A DNA stretch of 64,000 nt from an uncultured Bacilli bacterium (GCA_947599835.1 CANQFQ010000007.1:2972-66971); one strand, 5' to 3'. Shown: positions 1 through 10,349, counted from the first letter of the stretch. Notes: a model not told the origin generated them from the sequence alone. Translations and numbers: made by a program.

Positions 1-1164
1 AGAAAAATTAAAATCTCCGGTCGCTGGATTTACACTTCCTCCACCTAAAGATTTTGCATAAAGTCCATATTTGGTATTGGCAATGATTTCATCAAATGTG
101 GATTGACCATTATCTATAAAGGTATTTGACATTCTCGAAGTGGGTTCATTTTTATAAGACTCTCTACGACAAGCGCCATTTCCTTGTCGATTCATAGCTC
201 TACCATTAAAATTATCAATTAAATAATTTTGTAAAATGCCATCTTTGATTAAAACGTTACGATAGGTTGGATTTCCTTCATCATCAAAATTAGCCGATCC
301 CCAACCGCCATCAATTGTACCATCATCAATAGCGGTAACAATATCGCTCGCTATTTTTTGTCCTAATTTATTAGAAAAAATAGATAAATTTTTAGAAACA
401 GCGGATGCTTCTAGTGGGTGTCCACAAGATTCGTGGAAGATAACGCCCCCAAAACCATTGTCTAAAATCACAGGCATGACTTTAGAAGGACATTCTTCTG
501 CATTTAACATTGTTATGGCAGCTCTAGCGCAATCTTTAGCTATCGCCTCAATATCGACTTCTTCTTTAAAGAATTCAAATCCCTTTTGTGCCCCTGGTCC
601 TACGCCATTAGCTTGCATTTGATCATTCTTTTTAGCGATTGCTGTTAAATATAGACGTCCTCGACACCGCGTATCTTTCACAATTTTTCCATCCGTATTA
701 AAAATTACCACTTTTTGATTACTTGTAGAAAAATTAATATCCACTTTATCAATGGCAGAATCGTAATTTTTTGCTGCGCGATACCCTTTTTTCAAATAAT
801 TTAATTGTTCTTCAATAGAAACTGTATCATAAGGAATCTTCGCAACATGCTTTGCTTTCACTTTTACTTCTTTTAATGGTTTTACTTCACAAATCTTTGT
901 ACCATCAAAACGATCTTTTAAAGTGTTCGCTAATTTCATTAAACTTTTCATGGATAAATCGTTTGTATATCCATAAACACATTTATCATTTTTTAAAATT
1001 CGAATTCCACAACCATATTCATTGCCGCTACTCACCTTGGATACTTCACCATTTTCTAAACGCATATTGGTACTTGTAGTATCTTCAAAAAACAATTCTC
1101 CAAAATCAGCGCCTGTAGCCAACGTGACATTTAATATTTTTGTGGCATTAGCTTTACTTATCAT
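1..1164 (-). CDS. tldD: TldD/PmbA-family metalloprotease (partial; C-terminus runs off the window start)
   Basis: Reverse-strand translation from the ATG at 1164 (GGAGAT SD upstream) gives MISKANATKILNVTLATGADFGELFFED...HESCGH..., a TldD/PmbA-type N-terminus with an HExxxH-like motif. It is absent from the ORF track because it is truncated by the window edge. Confidence 0.7.
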   Translation of the reverse strand, partial: MISKANATKILNVTLATGADFGELFFEDTTSTNMRLENGEVSKVSSGNEYGCGIRILKNDKCVYGYTNDLSMKSLMKLANTLKDRFDGTKICEVKPLKEVKVKAKHVAKIPYDTVSIEEQLNYLKKGYRAAKNYDSAIDKVDINFSTSNQKVVIFNTDGKIVKDTRCRGRLYLTAIAKKNDQMQANGVGPGAQKGFEFFKEEVDIEAIAKDCARAAITMLNAEECPSKVMPVILDNGFGGVIFHESCGHPLEASAVSKNLSIFSNKLGQKIASDIVTAIDDGTIDGGWGSANFDDEGNPTYRNVLIKDGILQNYLIDNFNGRAMNRQGNGACRRESYKNEPTSRMSNTFIDNGQSTFDEIIANTKYGLYAKSLGGGSVNPATGDFNFS

Positions 1165-1313
1165 TTGATCATCTCCTTTGTTTTAATTATATCATTTTTT
1201 TATTAGATTATTAAATATCAATATCACCTTTCGAATTCATTTTTGCAAATAGAGAAATAAAAAAGATATTCTTGTTGTAATGTGATAGAATGAATACAAA
1301 AGGAGATTACTTT

Positions 1314-3302
1314 ATGAAAAGAGAAAAAAGAATTAGTTATACCATCGATTATATCAATCCTACCAAAGAAACAAATCCATCCGCTGCATATGTACCCGCC
1401 TTTCGTGGTCAAGATCAATTAAACATTTACACAGACACTTATATTTATCAAACCAAAGATCATTTTACCGGAACAAACCCTTGGGGAATCGAGGCGGCGG
1501 TAGATAAAAATCATAGGGTTATTGCTATCAATGATCGCGTTAAAATCCCAGAAGGTGGTTTCGTCATTAGTGGAAACTCAAAAGGACAAAATTTTATTAG
1601 TGAAAATATTGAATTAGGTGCCATCGCAACTTATAATCCGGCAACAATGAAACTTGAGCTTTCAATCAATCTTTTTGAAACCACACTTTATTCTTTAAAA
1701 GTTAAAATTAAACAAATCAAAAAAAGAATTCATAAAGCAATCCAAGATATCGTCATTTTTAATCAAGAAATGGTTCTTACGATATTCAATGAAATTCAAA
1801 ATTTATATAAAAAACTGCAAACCATTGCTAAAGGTAAAAGTCACAAAAACGATCGTAAGTTTTTTATTTACAAGCAACAAATTCTCGATAAAATCGATAT
1901 TATATACGAACTTACAACACGAAGTTCTATGCTCGAATCTAGAGGTGTTTGGTACCGCCCACACGAAACAACTTTAAAAGAAATTCAAAAGACCTTAGAT
2001 GTCATGAAAAAATGTAATCTAAACGTTCTATATGTTGAAACTTTTTACAATGGATCCATCATAGGTAAATCTAACATCACAACCACAAATGAAGATGTTA
2101 TCCATTATCACGATACTTTACATCGTCATGATTACTTAAATGCTTTAATTGACGAGGCTCATTTACGCGATATTGAAGTCCATGCTTGGGTTGAAAATTT
2201 TTTCGTGGGAGAAAGCATAAAATTTGATAAGAATTATCCTGACGATTTTAGAATGATAAACTACAACGGTTCTACCATTCAAGGGCCCAATGATGGAAAT
2301 AGCGAAATCGTTGAAAATGGTTTTATCTTCTTAGATCCTGCCCATCCAAAAGTTCAAAACTATATTCTATCTATTTATAAAGAACTTATTGAAAATTATA
2401 ACTTAGATGGTTTTCATATTGATTATGTCCGCTATCCCCACGGGAATTTAAATCTTGAAACTAGTAATGGATATAGTTTATATGCCATGAATGAATTTAA
2501 AAAAAGATATGGTTATTCACCGAAGGAAGATGTAAGAAAATTAGTCCTAGACCCTAAAATTTATCAAGAATGGGTACACTATCGGTGCAATAAAATCACA
2601 CAATTTGTTAAAAAAGTTCACCACCTCATTAAATCCGTTCGGCCGAATTGTAAAATTTCTATGGCCGTTGTTCCAGAAACCACCTATGCAATTCAAAACA
2701 AGATGCAAGATTGGGTTCCTTGGGTCAAAAAGGGATGGATTGATATCACTTTACCTATGGCCTATTATTTTGGAACCAGTGAAATTGAAAAATCAACCCG
2801 TTCTCTCGTAAAATTGAATCAATTACGTGCGTATAGTTACACGGGTATTTTACCCAATTATAAAAATGCAAAGGATATCAATAACACCTTTCAAATCGAA
2901 GCTTGCATTAACAATCATGCACAAGGTTATTCTATCTTTCAATTAGAAGATTTTTTACACAACAAAAATCGGCAAAAAATATTATATGTAGGAACGAATC
3001 GTTTGCCAGCAACAAATCCACATCAAAATTTTATGAAAATCAAAAATGCCTATCTCAATGAATTATTATTAAAATATTCTTTCTATCAATTGAGGCAGCC
3101 ATCATCTTATGATCAATATCTAAAGCAATTAAAAGAATTAACCGATGCTCATCAAGCGATTGTATTAATTTCTAACTATTTAAACACCCAAGCAAAAAAG
3201 GATTTACATGATTCAACTTATTTAAGTTTTAAAAAACAAACACAATTTTTTTTGAAAATATTAAAAATTCATCAATATCAAGAAACAAAAAATAAAAAAT
3301 AG
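1314..3302 (+). CDS. Glycoside-hydrolase-like (GH-like 10 / YddW-DUF4015 family) protein
   Basis: The 663-aa ORF carries the family hallmark DGFHIDYVRYP. AGGAG lies 8 nt upstream of the ATG at 1314; the track start at 1290 lacks an SD. Confidence 0.6.
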   Translation: MKREKRISYTIDYINPTKETNPSAAYVPAFRGQDQLNIYTDTYIYQTKDHFTGTNPWGIEAAVDKNHRVIAINDRVKIPEGGFVISGNSKGQNFISENIELGAIATYNPATMKLELSINLFETTLYSLKVKIKQIKKRIHKAIQDIVIFNQEMVLTIFNEIQNLYKKLQTIAKGKSHKNDRKFFIYKQQILDKIDIIYELTTRSSMLESRGVWYRPHETTLKEIQKTLDVMKKCNLNVLYVETFYNGSIIGKSNITTTNEDVIHYHDTLHRHDYLNALIDEAHLRDIEVHAWVENFFVGESIKFDKNYPDDFRMINYNGSTIQGPNDGNSEIVENGFIFLDPAHPKVQNYILSIYKELIENYNLDGFHIDYVRYPHGNLNLETSNGYSLYAMNEFKKRYGYSPKEDVRKLVLDPKIYQEWVHYRCNKITQFVKKVHHLIKSVRPNCKISMAVVPETTYAIQNKMQDWVPWVKKGWIDITLPMAYYFGTSEIEKSTRSLVKLNQLRAYSYTGILPNYKNAKDINNTFQIEACINNHAQGYSIFQLEDFLHNKNRQKILYVGTNRLPATNPHQNFMKIKNAYLNELLLKYSFYQLRQPSSYDQYLKQLKELTDAHQAIVLISNYLNTQAKKDLHDSTYLSFKKQTQFFLKILKIHQYQETKNKK

Positions 3303-3336
3303 TTTATAATAGGAAATGGAAAAGAGGTAATATTTT

Positions 3337-4062
3337 ATGGAAATTAAAATTCTAGATACCAAAAAAATTGATGAAGAAGTTGCTAACTTATTTATTGAAA
3401 CGATCAATCAAAAACCAAATTGTATTTTAGGATTAGCAACGGGGTCTTCTCCTCTTGGCGTTTATGCTTTATTAGTTAAAGCTTGTCAAGAAAAAAAGGT
3501 ATCTTTTAAAAAAGTTAAAACATTTAATCTTGATGAATATGTAGGATTAGATGGCAATCACGATCAATCTTATCGTTATTTTATGAATCATAATTTATTT
3601 GATCATATCGATATTGATAAAAATAATACAAAAGTTCCTTCAGGATTAAATATGACGAATGAAACAGCTAAACTCTATGATAAAGAAATTGAAGCTGCCG
3701 GAGGAATAGATTTACAAATATTAGGCATTGGTTCTAATGGACATATTGCTTTTAATGAACCCGGAACTCCATTAGATTCTATCACACACATTGTAAAACT
3801 TGATGAATCAACACGAAAGGATAATGCGCGTTTCTTCAATTCTATTGATGAAGTGCCTACACATGCTGTTAGTATGGGACTTGCTTCAATTATGAAAGCT
3901 AAAAAAATTGTGCTGATTGCCACAGGGCCTAAAAAAGCAAAAGCTATTAAAAGTTTAGTTGAAGGAGACGTCACTCCAAACTTACCTGTAAGTATTCTTA
4001 AAAATCATCCAAATGCAACTATTTATGTAGATCCTGAAGCTGCTGCCTTATTAAAAAAATAA
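3337..4062 (+). CDS. nagB: Glucosamine-6-phosphate deaminase
   Basis: Full-length NagB-like sequence (GLATGSSP, FNLDEYVGL, GIGSNGHIAFNEPG); GAGG SD. Confidence 0.9.
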   Translation: MEIKILDTKKIDEEVANLFIETINQKPNCILGLATGSSPLGVYALLVKACQEKKVSFKKVKTFNLDEYVGLDGNHDQSYRYFMNHNLFDHIDIDKNNTKVPSGLNMTNETAKLYDKEIEAAGGIDLQILGIGSNGHIAFNEPGTPLDSITHIVKLDESTRKDNARFFNSIDEVPTHAVSMGLASIMKAKKIVLIATGPKKAKAIKSLVEGDVTPNLPVSILKNHPNATIYVDPEAAALLKK

Positions 4063-4064
4063 TT

Positions 4065-4403
4065 ATGGAAGAAAAATGTTTGATTTGCTCTAAACAAGCA
4101 ATGATTACACACAAAGATTTATTAGTTGAAGAGGTTCATTGCCCACATTGTGGCCATTATTATTATGAAAAAGCATTTAAAACCTCTTATACGTTTTATC
4201 TTTCTCAACAAGAAAAAGAAATCCATCTCAGGATTCAAAAAATGATGAAAAAATTGATTAAGAAAAATAAGGTTTGCTTTGTGGATGATTTTGAAAAAAC
4301 CACTTCCGATGAATTTATTGTTTATGAATTAAGAGATATTTTAAATCTTATCGGAATTGATGTTGCACATAACAATACAATTGATAGCAATTATAAAGAT
4401 TAA
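4065..4403 (+). CDS. Hypothetical zinc-ribbon protein (C-x2-C ... C-x2-C) coupled to nagB
   Basis: 112-aa ORF starting 2 nt after the nagB stop. It has a CLIC...CPHC pattern, no own SD, and is followed by an intrinsic terminator. Confidence 0.4.
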   Translation: MEEKCLICSKQAMITHKDLLVEEVHCPHCGHYYYEKAFKTSYTFYLSQQEKEIHLRIQKMMKKLIKKNKVCFVDDFEKTTSDEFIVYELRDILNLIGIDVAHNNTIDSNYKD

Positions 4404-4416
4404 ATTCATAAATAGA

Positions 4417-4452
4417 ACCCTAAATTGGACCAACAATTTAGGGTTTTTATGA
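4417..4452 (+). terminator. Rho-independent terminator (AACCCTAAATTG / CAATTTAGGGTT stem + T-run)
   Basis: Perfect 12-bp stem with a 6-nt loop followed by TTTTTAT, directly after the nagB-ORF pair. Confidence 0.65.
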
Positions 4453-4531
4453 CAAATTTTTATATTTCATTGAATTTTTCTTTTTTCGTGCCTTGTTTTG
4501 CGATATAATGTTGATGTTGGGGAGTGAAAAA

Positions 4532-5107
4532 ATGAGTAAAAAAAGAAAAGAAAAGAAAGAAAAAAAAGGTTTTATCAAAGAATTCAAAGAATTTATATCA
4601 AAAGGTAACATTCTTGATTTAGCTATTGGCGTTATCATTGGCGGCGCATTTAATGCAATTGTTACCACTTTAAATCAAAAAATTTTAATGCCTATTGTGA
4701 ACTGGGTATTATCTTACGTTTTTGGAAGAAAAAATGCAGAATTAGTTACAGTTTTACCTAATTCTATTAAATTTACTGAAGAACATGCACTAGCAGGTGC
4801 TACTCCTGTTGTCGTAAATGGTGTTGATTATTATTCTGTTAACTATATTTCTTGGTCTTCCTTAATTGAAACAATTATTAACTTTTTATTTATAGCTTTA
4901 ACTTTGTTTATTATTGTTAAAATTGCTAAATATTTGAGCAATAAGAGAAAAGCATTAGAAGAAAAACGTAAAGCAGAAGAAGCCGCAGCAAATCCAGTTG
5001 AAGAAACTCCAGCTGAACCTGCAGCACCAGTTGTTACTGAATTAGACATTTTAAAAGAAATTCGTGATTTACTACAAAAACAAGAAGAACAACAAAATAA
5101 AAAATAA
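4532..5107 (+). CDS. mscL: Large-conductance mechanosensitive channel, unusually long
   Basis: N-terminus GFIKEFKEFISKGNILDLAIGVIIGGAFNAIV is the MscL signature. A GGGGAGTG SD precedes the ATG at 4532; the track start at 4493 sits before the -10 region. It has a C-terminal Lys/Glu/Ala/Pro-rich extension. Confidence 0.8.
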   Translation: MSKKRKEKKEKKGFIKEFKEFISKGNILDLAIGVIIGGAFNAIVTTLNQKILMPIVNWVLSYVFGRKNAELVTVLPNSIKFTEEHALAGATPVVVNGVDYYSVNYISWSSLIETIINFLFIALTLFIIVKIAKYLSNKRKALEEKRKAEEAAANPVEETPAEPAAPVVTELDILKEIRDLLQKQEEQQNKK

Positions 5108-5116
5108 TGATTTAAT

Positions 5117-6838
5117 ATGTTTAAAAAATTTTGTTCTTATTATAAAAAACATCTAAAATTGCTTATTCTTGATATAGCATGTGTTTTTATTATGGCCGGA
5201 ATTGATTTAATTTTTCCACTAGCCACGCGAAGTGTTTTATCAGGAAAATATTCCACTGTCAATGCAATTATAACCATTGGTATTATTTTGCTTGTGTTTT
5301 ATTTACTTCGATTTTGTTTATCTTTTATTATAGGTTATTATGGGCATTACTTAGGAATCAAAGTAGAAACAGACATGCGAAGCGATCTTTTCAAAAAGTT
5401 TGAAACCTTAGATTATCAATATTTTGAAAATAAAAAATCGGGTGAACTTTTAGCAAACTTAACAACACATTTGCATGATTTGTCCGAAGCAGCTCATCAT
5501 GTCCCTGAAGATTTACTGGTCTCTTTAGTGATGATTTTCGGTAGTTTTATTATATTATTATTTATTAATGTTTATTTGACATTAATTTGCTTTATTTTTA
5601 TTATGGCATTGCTTTTATTTGCTATCATAAGAAGAAAAAAACTAATGGCTAGTTTTAGAGAAGTCCGTATTGAACAAGGAGAACTTTCCGCAAAGGTAGA
5701 AAGTAGTTTAAGTGGTATTTCTTTAACCAAAGCATATAATAACGAACAATATGAAATCGATCATTTTGCCGATATAAACATGCAATATCAAAACGCACGA
5801 AAAAAATCATTTAAGGAACTTGGCCTTTTTTCATCAACCATTAATTTGTTTACCAACATAACCAACTTATTGTTATTGGTTGTGGGTTCATTAATGGTTA
5901 TACACCAAGATACAACAGGATTTAAATTAGAAGATTTAGTTACTTTTTTCTTATATATTAACTTTTTAATTTCACCTGTTTCTAAATTAGGAAATACCAT
6001 GGAATCATGGCAACAAGGCTGGTCAAGTTTTGAACGTTTTTATAATGTTATGCAAACCAAAACAACCATCGTTTCTAAAGAAAATTGTATTAAAAAACAT
6101 GATTTTATCGGAAATATCACTTTTAATGATGTAACCTTTCATTATGAAAGCGATACACAAGATGTTTTATCCCACTTTTCTTTACAAATTCATGCCGGTC
6201 AAAAAATAGCACTTGTGGGGGAAACAGGTGTAGGAAAAAGTACAATTTCAAAATTGATCCCAAGATTTTACGATGTGAATTCGGGAGATATTTTAATTGA
6301 TGGAATAAATGTGAAAGATTATGACTTATATTGCTTAAGAAATGCAATTGGACACGTTCAACAAGATGTATTTATCTTTTGGGGAACCATTAAAGAAAAT
6401 ATTTTATATGGTAAACCAGACGCCAGTTTTGAAGAAGTTGTGCTAGCTGCAAAGCAAGCCAATATTCATGATTTTATTATGTCTTTGCCGGAAAAATATG
6501 ACACTATGGCAGGCGAAAAAGGGGTGCGTTTATCAGGAGGACAAAAACAAAGAATTTCTATTGCTAGATTGTTTTTAAAAAATCCGAAAATGATTATTCT
6601 TGATGAGGCCACTTCATCATTAGATAATCTTACGGAAAAACTAATTCAAGAATCATTAAATCAATTATCTGTCAATAAAACTACCATTACAATTGCACAC
6701 AGACTAACTACAATAAAAAATTGTGATAACATCATTGTCCTTGGCAAAGATGGCATTATAGAACAAGGAACACACACGGAGTTATTGCAATTTAATGGCG
6801 TTTATGCCACTATGTACAAAGCTTCTTTGGAAAAATAA
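5117..6838 (+). CDS. ABC exporter, fused permease/ATPase half-transporter
   Basis: N-terminal transmembrane domain; Walker A GETGVGKST, signature LSGGQKQR, Walker B IILDEATSSLD. Confidence 0.85.
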   Translation: MFKKFCSYYKKHLKLLILDIACVFIMAGIDLIFPLATRSVLSGKYSTVNAIITIGIILLVFYLLRFCLSFIIGYYGHYLGIKVETDMRSDLFKKFETLDYQYFENKKSGELLANLTTHLHDLSEAAHHVPEDLLVSLVMIFGSFIILLFINVYLTLICFIFIMALLLFAIIRRKKLMASFREVRIEQGELSAKVESSLSGISLTKAYNNEQYEIDHFADINMQYQNARKKSFKELGLFSSTINLFTNITNLLLLVVGSLMVIHQDTTGFKLEDLVTFFLYINFLISPVSKLGNTMESWQQGWSSFERFYNVMQTKTTIVSKENCIKKHDFIGNITFNDVTFHYESDTQDVLSHFSLQIHAGQKIALVGETGVGKSTISKLIPRFYDVNSGDILIDGINVKDYDLYCLRNAIGHVQQDVFIFWGTIKENILYGKPDASFEEVVLAAKQANIHDFIMSLPEKYDTMAGEKGVRLSGGQKQRISIARLFLKNPKMIILDEATSSLDNLTEKLIQESLNQLSVNKTTITIAHRLTTIKNCDNIIVLGKDGIIEQGTHTELLQFNGVYATMYKASLEK

Positions 6839-6942
6839 ATCTTTTTGAATCTTGTTTTAAAGAAGCACTATTGAATAATTAAAAAATAATTCAACAAAAA
6901 ACTTAAAAAGTATGATATACTTATGAATTGGGTGAGATATGC

Positions 6943-9900
6943 ATGAATAAATTTGACATTAAAGAAATCATTAGAAATACTATTGATGGTGATACATATC
7001 CTAAAGCCTATGAATTATATACAAATAAAAAAGTTGTCTTACAATGCCATAGAAATGAATTGGACGAAGATGTATACGAGGGGATCGTCACTGGAATGAC
7101 CAATAAAAGTTATCCAGTATTGGCAAAAGTTAATCTACAAGGCAAAGTTACTCACGCTACTTGTGAATGCGATTATTATTTGAATTATGAAGGCTATTGC
7201 AAACATATTGTTGCATTTTTTCTCAAAATAAATGAAATCACCACAAATAGAAAAGAGGTTAATCAATTATCCTCTCTTTTGGACTATTACAAAAAAAGTA
7301 CATGTTTAGACGTTCATTTAACGCCAATTTTTCATATTTATCAAAATGAAGTTGGTGTAGAGTTAAAAATTCACAAAACAAAAACATATTTTGTGAAGAA
7401 TATTCAAGATTTTTATGACAACATCGACAATCATTTATCTTTTAAATATGGTAAAGATTTAGAATTTGTCCACAACATTTCTGCTTTTGATAAAGAAAGC
7501 AGAGTTTTAATCATGGATTTAAAAGACTACATTAATTACAAACAAAAGGAAAATAGTGGCTATTTTGATTCTAAAAGAAAAATTCTTTTACCAAATATCG
7601 TTTTTAAAAAATGTTTTGATTCACATCTTGGAAATAAAGTGAATTTAGTTTTAAATGAAGCAAATTATGAATTGGAATATACGGGAGAAGATTTTGATTT
7701 AGATCTTTTGTTTGATAAAAACACACTTTCTATACGCAATAAAAAAGAAATGCGTTTATTTTGGGTGGGTAGAAGCTATTATGTCATTCGTGGTCAAAAG
7801 CTCTATTGTTTAGATAATGTTCACAATCCTCAATTAGTTCCTTTAGTCGTTTCATTATTTCAACAAGATATTGTTTTCACTAGCCAAATGTATAATCAAT
7901 TTTTTACTTATATATACCCACAAATTGAAAATTGCATTACTATCGTGAATAAAGAAGAATTTGAAAAACACAATAATTGTTCTAATTTAGAAGCGGAAGT
8001 CTATTTAGATTTTGATGATGGATACTTAGAACTATCTTATAAGTTTTTGTATCATTCTTTAGAAAGAGAAGAAGCCATTAAACAAGGCTATTTTCCAAAC
8101 GAAGCACAAGAAGAAACGTTTTTTGATGAACTATTAACCTTAAACTTCTTAAAAACCACTCGAGAAAACGTTTATGTCATCGAAGACGAAAATGATGCCT
8201 TTGATTTTTTAAACCATGACATCCCTAAACTTAAGGAAATAGCAAAAGTTTATGTAAGTAATTCGATTAAGAGATTAAATTTTAAAACCATCACTTCACC
8301 AGGTGTTGGCGTGCGTTATAAAAACAATTGGTTAGAATTAGTCTTTAATGAAAATATCGTCGCTATCAATGATTTAGAAGAAATTTTAGCAGCAATGAAA
8401 AAGCATAAAAAATATCATCTTTTAAAAGATGGTACCATTTTAAATCTTGAAGATGAATATTTAACTGAAATGAAAGATATTGTAGAAACGATTGGTGTCC
8501 CTGTAAAAGATTTAAAACCTGAAATGCAAATTCCTTTATTTAAAATGATACGCATTGAAAATCTTTTAGATTCAAAATATATTCCAAAAGAAGTTACTGC
8601 TTTTTTAAATGGTCTTAAAACCTACAAAAACAAAAAATATCCGTTAAATAATCAACTAACCAATATTTTAAGAGATTATCAAAAAGAAGGTTTTTCATGG
8701 CTATATAACTTGGCTTATTATAAAGCTGGAGGTATTTTAGCAGATGACATGGGACTTGGTAAATCTTTGCAAATCATCGCTTTATTATCCTCATTTAAAA
8801 CCAATTTACCAAGTTTAATTGTTTCTCCTTCTTCTTTAACTTATAACTGGTATAACGAATTTAACAAATGGCATCAAAATGCGAATGTTGTTTTAATTAC
8901 TGGGAACGGAATGAATCGAGAAAAACTGATTCGTTCAATAGAAAAAAATCAAATTATTATCACTTCCTATGATTATTTAAAAAGAGATATTGAATTATAT
9001 AAAAATTTAAAATTTCATTTTATGATCATTGATGAAGCACAAAACATTAAAAATTTCATGACCAAAAATGCAGAGAGCGTTAAAAGCATTTCGGCTATTA
9101 CAAAATTTGCCGTCACTGGAACTCCATTAGAAAACACTTTAGCCGATTTGTGGTCAATTTTTGATTATTGTCTTCCTGGATATTTAAAAACATATGACTT
9201 ATTTAAAGAAGAATATGAATACGATATTATCCGATTTAACGATCAAAGCAAAATGAATCATTTAAACAAATTAATGGCACCATTTATTCTTAGAAGAACG
9301 AAAAAAGAAGTTCTAAAAGAATTACCAGAAAAAACAGAACAAGTCATTTATGCACAAATGGAAACAGAGCAATTAGATATGTATACAAAAACGATTGAAA
9401 GTATTAAAAAAGAAATTACAGAAACGCATAGTACCAATCGCACACTCATTTTATCTATGCTCACACGCTTACGTCAAATCTGCTGTCATCCGTCACTTTA
9501 TCAAAATGACTACCAAGGCGAAAGTGCAAAATTAAATTTAACTTTAGAATTAGTTGAAAGCAGTATTAGTTCAGACCATAAAATTTTAATTTTTTCTCAA
9601 TTTGCAACAATGCTTTCCATTTTAGAAAAGCATTTAAAAGAAAGAAACATTAAAACTTTTATGTTTACTGGTGCAACACCAAATGAAAAAAGAGCAGATT
9701 TAATCGAGGAATTTAACAAAAATGAAGGTATCAAAGTTTTCTTAATTACTTTAAAAGCGGGTGGAACAGGCATCAATTTAACTAGCGCAGATACCGTCAT
9801 TCACTATGATCCTTGGTGGAATTTTAGTGCAGAAAATCAAGCAAGTGATCGCGTGCATCGTATTGGCCAAAAAAGAAATGTACAAATTTTCAAATTAATT

Positions 9901-10038
9901 ACCAAAGATTCTGTTGAAGAAAAAATTTTAAATCTACAAATGAAAAAGAAAAATTTATTTGATAAAGTCATTTCAAACGATAGTGATTTCTTGTCATCAT
10001 TATCGATTGAAGATCTATTAGCCCTTTTAACTGAATAA
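6943..10038 (+). CDS. SWIM zinc-finger + SNF2-family helicase (YwqA/RapA-like)
   Basis: N-terminal CxC..CxH SWIM motif (THATCECDYYLNYEGYCKHIV). C-terminal SNF2_N (DDMGLGKSLQ, DEAQNIKN) and HelicC (QASDRVHRIGQ) motifs. GGTGAG SD before the ATG at 6943. Confidence 0.85.
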   Translation: MNKFDIKEIIRNTIDGDTYPKAYELYTNKKVVLQCHRNELDEDVYEGIVTGMTNKSYPVLAKVNLQGKVTHATCECDYYLNYEGYCKHIVAFFLKINEITTNRKEVNQLSSLLDYYKKSTCLDVHLTPIFHIYQNEVGVELKIHKTKTYFVKNIQDFYDNIDNHLSFKYGKDLEFVHNISAFDKESRVLIMDLKDYINYKQKENSGYFDSKRKILLPNIVFKKCFDSHLGNKVNLVLNEANYELEYTGEDFDLDLLFDKNTLSIRNKKEMRLFWVGRSYYVIRGQKLYCLDNVHNPQLVPLVVSLFQQDIVFTSQMYNQFFTYIYPQIENCITIVNKEEFEKHNNCSNLEAEVYLDFDDGYLELSYKFLYHSLEREEAIKQGYFPNEAQEETFFDELLTLNFLKTTRENVYVIEDENDAFDFLNHDIPKLKEIAKVYVSNSIKRLNFKTITSPGVGVRYKNNWLELVFNENIVAINDLEEILAAMKKHKKYHLLKDGTILNLEDEYLTEMKDIVETIGVPVKDLKPEMQIPLFKMIRIENLLDSKYIPKEVTAFLNGLKTYKNKKYPLNNQLTNILRDYQKEGFSWLYNLAYYKAGGILADDMGLGKSLQIIALLSSFKTNLPSLIVSPSSLTYNWYNEFNKWHQNANVVLITGNGMNREKLIRSIEKNQIIITSYDYLKRDIELYKNLKFHFMIIDEAQNIKNFMTKNAESVKSISAITKFAVTGTPLENTLADLWSIFDYCLPGYLKTYDLFKEEYEYDIIRFNDQSKMNHLNKLMAPFILRRTKKEVLKELPEKTEQVIYAQMETEQLDMYTKTIESIKKEITETHSTNRTLILSMLTRLRQICCHPSLYQNDYQGESAKLNLTLELVESSISSDHKILIFSQFATMLSILEKHLKERNIKTFMFTGATPNEKRADLIEEFNKNEGIKVFLITLKAGGTGINLTSADTVIHYDPWWNFSAENQASDRVHRIGQKRNVQIFKLITKDSVEEKILNLQMKKKNLFDKVISNDSDFLSSLSIEDLLALLTE

Positions 10039-10055
10039 TCAAATATTTTTAGTAA

Positions 10056-10092
10056 AGAGAAATCGTCTTTTGGGATGATTTCTCTTTTTTTG
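10056..10092 (+). terminator. Rho-independent terminator after the SNF2 gene
   Basis: AGAGAAATC ... GATTTCTCT stem followed by TTTTTTT. Confidence 0.6.
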
Positions 10093-10319
10093 CTTAGATC
10101 ACTTCTTTATTGCGTCATTCATTTCATTTGCGTTGTTGTTAACAAAAGCAGGTAGATCATACTTTACTTGTAATGATTCCATTAAATAGCCACATAATGA
10201 CTCTATCTTTGTATATTAATGTGTTTAACTTTTCATTGCAACTTTAAACAAAAAACAGAAAAGAAAAATCAATCTATGGTTTATATTATTTCTTTTAAAA
10301 CCATTTCAATGAATGATAA

Positions 10320-10349
10320 ACAAAAAATGGGTTGATAACATCAGCCCAT
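10320..10349 (-). terminator. Terminator of the FNT-family gene
   Basis: On the minus strand, ATGGGCTGATGTTATCAACCCAT hairpin followed by TTTTTT. Confidence 0.5.

Noticed and set aside
852-1079. 75-aa plus-strand ORF from the six-frame track
   Set aside because: It lies antisense inside the well-supported TldD gene on the minus strand. It has low-complexity Leu/His-rich translation and no SD.
1290-1313. Upstream-extended starts given in the ORF track (also 4493, 6928, 12810, 15925, 18020, 20401, 21963, 23288, 25420, 27962, 31929, 32659, 33676, 37514, 45474, 54984, 57087, 62727)
   Set aside because: In each case a downstream in-frame ATG/GTG/TTG has a properly spaced GGAGG-like SD. That start avoids overlap with the preceding gene or matches the conserved family N-terminus, so I used it instead.
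3675-3974. 99-aa minus-strand ORF inside nagB (and similar antisense or nested track ORFs at 1224-1418, 1789-1977, 2605-2811, 4447-4668, 4843-5049, 5788-6000, 6123-6347, 9597-9800, 14758-15045, 15949-16146, 16171-16470, 16451-16669, 17281-17463, 18123-18359, 19257-19451, 19529-19864, 21053-21244, 21189-21392, 21481-21678, 22038-22271, 22496-22813, 22663-22899, 29741-29929, 29836-30033, 31408-31734, 32778-33038, 39962-40144, 41019-41309, 42563-42790, 44718-44900, 46483-46704, 50020-50226, 50420-50722, 51039-51230, 51664-52005, 52582-52794, 54078-54365, 63425-63619)
   Set aside because: All overlap, in another frame or strand, genes with strong homology-pattern support. They lack SD sequences and have compositionally odd translations. 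I treat them as chance ORFs in an AT-rich background, or as intergenic/terminator-spanning ORFs in the cases of 19257-19451 and 42563-42790.
6928-10038. SNF2 helicase as part of a phage-defence system (DISARM/BREX-like)
   Set aside because: The SWIM + SNF2 architecture matches the standalone housekeeping YwqA/RapA-like proteins of Bacillota. None of the partner genes (methyltransferase, PLD nuclease, DUF1998, PglZ and so on) is adjacent; its neighbours are an ABC exporter and an FNT channel.
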